Shown here: positions 58,045 through 64,000 of the stretch, in pieces
How the letters are laid out: every line of letters starts with the position of its first letter
Position numbering within the stretch: position 1 is the first letter of the stretch
From: an uncultured delta proteobacterium
GTDB lineage: Bacteria > Desulfobacterota > BSN033 > UBA1163
Direction: 5' to 3'
Assembly (NCBI GenBank): GCA_963820625.1
Contig: CAWGAV010000016.1
Span: 7,047 to 71,046 of the forward strand
Length of the DNA stretch: 64,000 nt
Translations under genes and position numbers: made by a program
The notes under the pieces: generated by a model
Databases searched by the model: none
What the model was told of the DNA's origin: nothing
The model's input: the letters and a program-made list of their open reading frames with translations, nothing else

Positions 58045-58527
58045 TCGAAGGGGACCATAAGCCGAGTTCTGTCCTCCCGATCCCGCTTTTCAGTGGGATT
58101 CGGGGGGATGGTCATTTATCTAGGGCCCTGATTGCTCAGGGTCTCAAGCGACCTCACCCGTCCCGCCTTTGCCCGAATCATCGGGTAAATTTGAATGGGC
58201 TTTTCTCACCCCTTTTCAGGGGAGCGGAATCTATTTGGTCTTGCTCCGGGTGGGGTTTACCTATCTACCCCAATCACTCAGGGTACTGGTGAGCTCTTAC
58301 CTCGCCTTTTCACCCTTACCCTGTGAAGTGGCGGCTACGCCTACTTCACAGGGCGGTATCTTTTCTGTGGCACTTTCCTTACCCCCTGTGAAATAGCGGC
58401 TACGCCTCTTTCACAGGGGACAGTCCGTATTACGGACCACCCTGCCCTGTGGAGCTCGGACTTTCCTCCCCTCCCGTTTTAATGCTTCGCATCATATCAG
58501 GAGGAGCGACCATCTGTTCCCCTTCGA
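58045..58527 (-). ncRNA. rnpB: RNase P RNA (type A), enlarged by hairpin insertions
   Basis: GAGGAAAGTCCGAGCTC, GGAAAGTGCCACAGAAA, GGTAAACCCCACCCGGAGCAAG, ACAGAACTCGGCTTA; P1 TCGAAGGGG/CCCCTTCGA. Confidence 0.95.
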
Positions 58528-58629
58528 TTTCCCCCCTTTCCTGAGATTTCTGAAAAAGTAAAGAAATCTCTGATTACACCGATTAGGAACGATTACGCAG
58601 ATATGAATTGAATTGAAAAATCTGTGCAA

Positions 58630-59121
58630 TCATTTTTTGGAATCTGTGCAATCAAGAGAGCTTATCGTAGTTTTTTTGAGCTCTCTTCCTTTTTCCTTTG
58701 CGATCTTTCTCTGGATCGCTTGATTCGCCAAACGGTCTGCCTCTTTGTTCTCTTCCCTTGGAATGGATTCGATCTCAAAGGATGAAAATGTTTTCAAATT
58801 CTGTGTGACTGCGTTATGGAGAGTTCTTAAATTCAAATCCTTCACGCGATAGACCCCTTTAATTTGTCTTTCGACCAATTCTGAATCTGTGAAGATTTGA
58901 ATGGGGTCACCTCCCAATCGCTTTGCTTCTCTCAGCCCTAAAAGAAGAGCCCAGTATTCTGCCTCATTATTGGTCTTGTGGCCGAGATATCGGCTCACCT
59001 CCGAAATTTTTTTCCCTTCTCCATTCGTAATCCAAATCCCTGCTCCTGCCCTTCCTGGATTTCCCCTGGAGGCCCCATCAATATAGAGGATCAACCGATG
59101 TCCTGGTTCCAAGTCCTTCAT
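58630..59121 (-). CDS. rnhA: Ribonuclease HI (type 1, archaeal-like)
   Basis: YIDGASRGNPG, TNNEAEY, DSELV, IPREENKEADRLAN; ATGA overlap with the upstream gene. Confidence 0.9.
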   Translation of the reverse strand: MKDLEPGHRLILYIDGASRGNPGRAGAGIWITNGEGKKISEVSRYLGHKTNNEAEYWALLLGLREAKRLGGDPIQIFTDSELVERQIKGVYRVKDLNLRTLHNAVTQNLKTFSSFEIESIPREENKEADRLANQAIQRKIAKEKGRELKKTTISSLDCTDSKK

Positions 59122-59858
59122 TTTGTATTTCGATCTCCATCCCAATAAAGAATGCGGTTACAGTTGGGACACCGGACGAGGGCATTGTTTTTTTGGACCT
59201 CGATGAACATTTGAGGGGGAACGTTCACAAAACAACCCTGGCAGGTCTCATTCTTGACGCTGACCACCCCCATCCCCTGTCTTTTTTCCTTCAGGGTGTT
59301 ATAGAGTTTGAACAGTTTGGATTCGATCTGTTTAGAGAGGACCTCTCTTCGCTCCATCTGTTCATTCCAAACCCTCTCGTCATGGGCCATCTTTTCCTGA
59401 AGCTTTTTTCGCTCTCCTTCAATTTTTTCCAGAGTGATCCCCATTTCCTTTTCCCTTTTGGAGAGATCCTTTTTGAGTTCATCAATCTCGTCCAAGACCT
59501 GGAGGATCTCCTCTTCCATCCGGCTGCTCGCTTCCTTGATCGCATCGATTTCGCTGAGGAGGGCCTGATACTCTTTGTTGGTCTTCACTTCGAACATCTT
59601 TCCCTCTGCCTTCTTGATTTTCTCTTGCTCCAAATTGAGGTGCCCCTCTTTCTGCCTCCGCGTCTTCTCTAACGACTCGATCTTTTCCTTTTCCTTCTGA
59701 ATCCTCTCCTTCTCGATCTTTTGTTTTTCATCCAGTTTTTTCATCTCTTTGGGATACCGATCTTTTTCTTCCTTGATACTCTTCAGTTCAAGGTCAATTT
59801 TTTGAAGTTCCCAAAGGAGTTCTAATTGTTCCCTCAACCCTTGCCTCCTATCTGACAA
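59118..59858 (-). CDS. C4 zinc-ribbon / coiled-coil protein (DUF164)
   Basis: LQKID, TNKEYQAL, CQGCF..PPQ..CPNCNRILY. Confidence 0.9.
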   Translation of the reverse strand: MSDRRQGLREQLELLWELQKIDLELKSIKEEKDRYPKEMKKLDEKQKIEKERIQKEKEKIESLEKTRRQKEGHLNLEQEKIKKAEGKMFEVKTNKEYQALLSEIDAIKEASSRMEEEILQVLDEIDELKKDLSKREKEMGITLEKIEGERKKLQEKMAHDERVWNEQMERREVLSKQIESKLFKLYNTLKEKRQGMGVVSVKNETCQGCFVNVPPQMFIEVQKNNALVRCPNCNRILYWDGDRNTK

Positions 59859-59898
59859 ATTTTATAGGAATAAATCCTAAAATGGTTTGCCTCCAAAC

Positions 59899-59931
59899 AA
59901 AAAGAGTGCACCCCTTTGGTGCACTCTTTTT
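59899..59931. terminator. Symmetric terminator downstream of tRNA-Ile2
   Basis: AAAAAGAGTGCAC-ccctttg-GTGCACTCTTTTT. Confidence 0.75.
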
Positions 59932-60001
59932 GTCCCGCCCATATTCACGGAGCACCTTTTCTTTTATTCCAAAGGAGTGCATAAGAAATTTTTCCCCTTC
60001 G

Positions 60002-60077
60002 TGGTGGGCCCACCTGGGTTCGAACCAGGGACCTACCGGTTATGAGCCGGTGGCTCTTCCAGCTGAGCTATGGGCCC
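60002..60077 (-). tRNA. tRNA with CAT anticodon, Ile2 (lysidine) type
   Basis: GGGCCCATAGCTCAG..CCGG-CTCATAA-CCGG..GGTTCGAACCC..GGGCCCACCA; follows rpoD. Confidence 0.9.
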
Positions 60078-60218
60078 CATCCTTAATTATTAATTATATG
60101 TTATCCCCCAAGTGTGTCAACCCCATACCTATTCAAAAACCGTCTTAGCGTCTTTGCGTCATAGTGTCTTAAAGACTCAATGACTCTATAACCCAATGAC
60201 CCAAAGACCTTAATAAGT

Positions 60219-61949
60219 TTAAGTTTCAAGGAAACTTTTTAACTTTTTGGCCCGGCTGGGATGTCTTAACTTCCTTAATGCCTTTGCCTCAATCTGCCGA
60301 ATCCTCTCTCGGGTAACATCGAAATCCTGTCCCACCTCTTCCAAAGTATGGTCGTATTTTTCTCCAATCCCAAATCGCATCCTCAAGACCTTCTCCTCTC
60401 TGGGGGTGAGACTGGCCAAGACTTTCCGGGTTTGTTCTGATAAATTGGCACTGATCACAGCCTCCTGTGGGGAGATGACCGCTTTGTCCTCGATGAAATC
60501 CCCTAAGTGGCTGTCTTCTTCCTCACCAATGGGCGTTTCAAGAGAGATGGGTTCTTTGGCAATCTTCAATACTTTCCTCACTTTATCCAAGGCCATATCC
60601 ATCTTCTCAGCGATCTCTTCGGGAGCGGGTTCTCTCCCCATCTCCTGGACAAGGTATCTGGAGGTCCGGATCAATTTGTTGATCGTTTCGATCATATGCA
60701 CGGGGATTCGGATAGTCCGAGCCTGATCGGCAATGGCCCGTGTGATGGCTTGCCGGATCCACCAAGTCGCATAGGTGCTAAATTTGTAACCCCGTTGGTA
60801 TTCAAATTTATCCACTGCTTTCATCAACCCAATATTCCCTTCTTGAATGAGGTCTAAGAATTGAAGTCCACGATTGGTATATTTTTTTGCGATGGAGACG
60901 ACCAGCCTCAGGTTCGCTTTCACCAGTTCACTCTTGGCCTCCTTGGCCTTTGTCTCCCCCTCTATGATGGCTTTCACCGCTGTGGCTATCTTGTCAGCGG
61001 TCAGACCACATTCAGTTTCCACCTTGTGGATCTTCCTTTGGACATTCATGGCCGCTCGGGAAATCTCTCGGAGATCAGCCTTGCTCAATTTTCGGGTTCG
61101 AAGAAGTTTTTTCTCGCTCACACTTCTTGCCTTCAACTTTTTCAGATAGGTTCTGGATTCCTGAACAGAAACCCCCCACTTCTCTTCAATCTTCTTGACT
61201 TCGCCCTGCCCTTTTTCCACCCGATTCAGCATCTGTTTCATTTTCTGGACAATTTTATCAATCTGGATGTCTCTCAAATTCATCTGATTGAAATATTCTA
61301 AAATCTCCTCCTGTTTCTTCCTAACCTGCTTCTGAATCTTGCTCCTCGGGACCGACCTTTTTTTCAGAAGCCGTCGAACCTCCTCGTCCCTTCGCTTGAT
61401 CCGATCGGTCAGGTCCAAAATCTTTTTCTTCTGAACCTGTTCTTCTTCGAAGCTAGTCTCTTCCTCGTCGATTTCGTTGGTCACTTCACGGATCTCTACC
61501 TTGCCAGCCTTAATCACATTGCCCAGATTGATAACTTCTTTGACGGCCATGGGGCAGTTCAAAACGACGCTCAGCACTTCTCGCTTACCGCTTTCAATTC
61601 TTTTGGCAATCTCCACCTCTCCTTCTCGGGTGAGGAGAGAAACCGATCCCATCTCGCGGAGATACATTCGCACGGGGTCCGTGGCCCTGCCAAAGGTCTC
61701 CATCTCCAACTCATCGCCTTCCTCCTCTTCCTTCTCCACAGCTTTCTCTTCCTCTACTTTCAATCCCTGGAGGTCATCCACCACATCGATGTCCATTTCG
61801 TCGAACATCATCAGGACATCATCAATTTGATCGGAGGAGACGATATCATTGGGAGGAATACCATTCCCCTCATCGAAGGTCAGAAATCCCTTTCCCCCTT
61901 CCATATTAATCAATTGCTCAACCTCTTTGATCTTTCCTCCCTTTACCAT
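60219..61949 (-). CDS. rpoD: RNA polymerase sigma-70 factor
   Basis: Region 1.1; [46 protein letters not shown]. Confidence 0.98.
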   Translation of the reverse strand: MVKGGKIKEVEQLINMEGGKGFLTFDEGNGIPPNDIVSSDQIDDVLMMFDEMDIDVVDDLQGLKVEEEKAVEKEEEEGDELEMETFGRATDPVRMYLREMGSVSLLTREGEVEIAKRIESGKREVLSVVLNCPMAVKEVINLGNVIKAGKVEIREVTNEIDEEETSFEEEQVQKKKILDLTDRIKRRDEEVRRLLKKRSVPRSKIQKQVRKKQEEILEYFNQMNLRDIQIDKIVQKMKQMLNRVEKGQGEVKKIEEKWGVSVQESRTYLKKLKARSVSEKKLLRTRKLSKADLREISRAAMNVQRKIHKVETECGLTADKIATAVKAIIEGETKAKEAKSELVKANLRLVVSIAKKYTNRGLQFLDLIQEGNIGLMKAVDKFEYQRGYKFSTYATWWIRQAITRAIADQARTIRIPVHMIETINKLIRTSRYLVQEMGREPAPEEIAEKMDMALDKVRKVLKIAKEPISLETPIGEEEDSHLGDFIEDKAVISPQEAVISANLSEQTRKVLASLTPREEKVLRMRFGIGEKYDHTLEEVGQDFDVTRERIRQIEAKALRKLRHPSRAKKLKSFLET

Positions 61950-61961
61950 GGACCTCTCCTT

Positions 61962-63764
61962 CTACCCTTTTCGAAAGCTATCTTTCTGAAGGCCTCTCTC
62001 CCTTTTCACCAGTTCCTGGCGTTCCTTTAAAAGAGGGACTAGCTTTTTTCCCTCTTGCTCTTTCTCCGCTTCTTTAATCCTTTTGAGCAACTCGCCTTTT
62101 TCCCTTTTCAATCTCTTTTCATGAATCTTTTGGACACAGTCCTGCAAGATCTTTCCTCGGTCCCCTCCCTCCAGTCCGCTCTCCTGAAAGGCAAACTCAC
62201 ACAATCTCCCCTTGAGGTCCTCATCAAAATTGGATAGGGCTTCTGGTAGGTCTATCCTTCCCTTTTTCTGATAAAGATCTTCCAGAGCCTCAGCCATTTT
62301 TTGCAAGATCGGGTTTTCAAATTCTTTGAAGATTCCTTCCTCTGAAAGGGTCGTAATCAATTCAGGATGGTGAACCATGAGACGGACAACCATTTCCTCT
62401 GACTTTGGGAAAGTCTTTTCCAAGGATGACTTTTTTAAATCCTCTCCCGCCTTGGATGGCTCCTTGGGAGAGGATCGGAGCATCTCATAGAGAAAGGACT
62501 CTTTGACATCCAGCCTCTCTGCTAAAGCCTTGATATAGAAATCCCTTCGAATCTTGTCTGGGATCTTACCGAGGAGGACCATTCCCTCCTTGGCTACTCT
62601 AACCTTGCCTTCGATGGATTTCAAATCATGAGTCTTCATCAGCCGTTCAAAAAAGAAATCGACGAGGGAAATGGCACCCTCCACCCTTTTCCCGAAGTCT
62701 TCTAAATTTCCCTTTCTTAGAAACCCATCGGGATCTTCCCCTTTCGGGAGGACGATCGTTTTCCCCACCACCTCCTCTTCTAAAAAGAGAGGAAGGGAGC
62801 GAAGGGTGGCCTGAATCCCGGCCGGGTCCGCATCAAATAGGGTGATCAAATTTTTTGTATATCGCTTTAGGGTTCGAATATGTTGGGGTGTCAGCGCCGT
62901 TCCTAAAGTGGCAACGCTATGCTTTAATCCATATTGGTGGAGGGTTAACAGGTCAAAATAACCTTCGACAATGACAACACAATCCTTATCCGTAGCATAC
63001 CGCTTGGCCACCTGAAGGCCGTAGAGAACCTCTCCTTTATGATAGATACTCGATTCCGGAGAATTGAGATATTTGGGCTGTCCCTCTTTGATCTCCCTTC
63101 CCCCGAATCCGACTACCCGTTGATGGAGGTCAAAGATGGGGAAGAGGATCCTTCCTCGAAAAGCATCGTACCAGCCTTCTCTCTTCTTGGGAAAGATCAA
63201 ACCCAGTTCCCACGCCAGTTCGAGAGAAACCTTCTTCTCCTGGAGATACTGCACCAATCCATCCCAGCGGTCGGTGGAAGTTCCCAGTCGGTGTTCCACA
63301 ATGACCTCCTGGCTGATCCCCCTTTGAGATAAATACTTTCTACCCTCCTCACCTTCTCGCCTTTTGGTCAGGAGATCATGAAAATATTCCGAGGCAATCT
63401 GGTTGATATGGAAGAGGGCCTCTCTTTTGGCCATCTCCTTATTTTGGGTTGCAGAAAGTTCGCGGGAAGGGAGTTGCACTCCATAGCGTTTTGCCAGTTC
63501 CTCCACGGCCTGTGGAAAAGAGAAATGTCCCACTTTCATTAAAAAGGTGAAGGCATCTCCCCCTTCTCCGCAGCCGAAACAATGAAAAATTTGTTTTTCC
63601 TCATTGACCATGAAAGAGGGAGTCTTTTCAGAATGGAATGGGCAGAGCCCTTTATAGTTCTTTCCAGTCTTTTTAAGGGTCACATAATCCGAGACGACTT
63701 CCAGAATGCTGGACCGGTCCCGAATTTCGGAAACCTTCTCTTCGGATAAAAATCCAATGGCCAA
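61962..63764 (-). CDS. dnaG: DNA primase
   Basis: CPFHSEKTPSF..CFGC, GFGGR, KYLNSPE, VEGYFD, ATLGTA, DADPAG, EDPD. Confidence 0.97.
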   Translation of the reverse strand: MAIGFLSEEKVSEIRDRSSILEVVSDYVTLKKTGKNYKGLCPFHSEKTPSFMVNEEKQIFHCFGCGEGGDAFTFLMKVGHFSFPQAVEELAKRYGVQLPSRELSATQNKEMAKREALFHINQIASEYFHDLLTKRREGEEGRKYLSQRGISQEVIVEHRLGTSTDRWDGLVQYLQEKKVSLELAWELGLIFPKKREGWYDAFRGRILFPIFDLHQRVVGFGGREIKEGQPKYLNSPESSIYHKGEVLYGLQVAKRYATDKDCVVIVEGYFDLLTLHQYGLKHSVATLGTALTPQHIRTLKRYTKNLITLFDADPAGIQATLRSLPLFLEEEVVGKTIVLPKGEDPDGFLRKGNLEDFGKRVEGAISLVDFFFERLMKTHDLKSIEGKVRVAKEGMVLLGKIPDKIRRDFYIKALAERLDVKESFLYEMLRSSPKEPSKAGEDLKKSSLEKTFPKSEEMVVRLMVHHPELITTLSEEGIFKEFENPILQKMAEALEDLYQKKGRIDLPEALSNFDEDLKGRLCEFAFQESGLEGGDRGKILQDCVQKIHEKRLKREKGELLKRIKEAEKEQEGKKLVPLLKERQELVKRERGLQKDSFRKG

Positions 63765-63769
63765 GTCAT

Positions 63770-64000
63770 TTACCTCAATTCCACGATCGTGATCCCACGA
63801 CCACCCTTCATCGTCTCCCCAGGAGAAAAACTTTTAACAGTCCGGTTTCCGCTCAGGTATTGACCGACCGCATTTCGCAACCTTCCAGAACCCACTCCAT
63901 GGATAATATAGACTTTCTCCAATCCATGGAGGAGGGCTTGATCGATAAATTTATCGATCTTTGGGAGGGCATCTTCCACGGTCATACCGATGACATTTAA
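63770..64000 (-). CDS. mutS2: Smr domain, C-terminus of probable MutS2 (runs off window end)
   Basis: LNVIGMTVEDAL, IIHGVGSGRLR, GGRGITIV. Confidence 0.8.
   Translation of the reverse strand, partial: LNVIGMTVEDALPKIDKFIDQALLHGLEKVYIIHGVGSGRLRNAVGQYLSGNRTVKSFSPGETMKGGRGITIVELR

Noticed and set aside
58029-58396. ORFs 58029-58292 and 58169-58396
   Set aside because: Antisense to the RNase P RNA gene.

Overview
Bacterial chromosomal window with no rRNA, no CRISPR array and no intact integrase or transposase. Gene content and the tmRNA tag ANNYDYALAA suggest an anaerobic Desulfobacterota (deltaproteobacterial) genome; this is an inference. From left to right: (1) a glycine-cleavage operon (gcvH-gcvPA-gcvPB) under a tandem glycine riboswitch, led by a compact ParB-fold protein carrying SerK/SbnI serine-kinase motifs; (2) a D-glutamate-cyclase-like / Liv-type ABC / D-threonine-aldolase-like cluster plus two gene remnants; (3) gcvR, pcrA, glmS, glmU; (4) an integrase-less integron cassette array with four attC-like sites and two toxin-antitoxin cassettes; (5) pfkB and a cobalamin-riboswitch operon, btuB-cbiR-cobU-cobS-cobT-btuF-cobQ (cobQ frameshifted); (6) tRNA-Phe, exbBD, rsmE, prmA, dusB, and a Fur-family gene with an ECF metal transporter; (7) a decayed accessory region at about 39-54 kb holding a UGA-containing DsbA-like selenoprotein, a candidate sRNA, five broken copies of an unknown 55-65 codon unit interleaved with small genes, a helicase/PLD chimera and a tRNA-Glu 3' att scar; (8) ssrA overlapped by smpB, an NtrY-like kinase, rnpB, rnhA, tRNA-Ile2, rpoD, dnaG and the end of mutS2. 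REP-like and heptamer-periodic palindromes are abundant, and some sit inside the structured RNAs. All family assignments come from motif recognition by eye; no database search was run.
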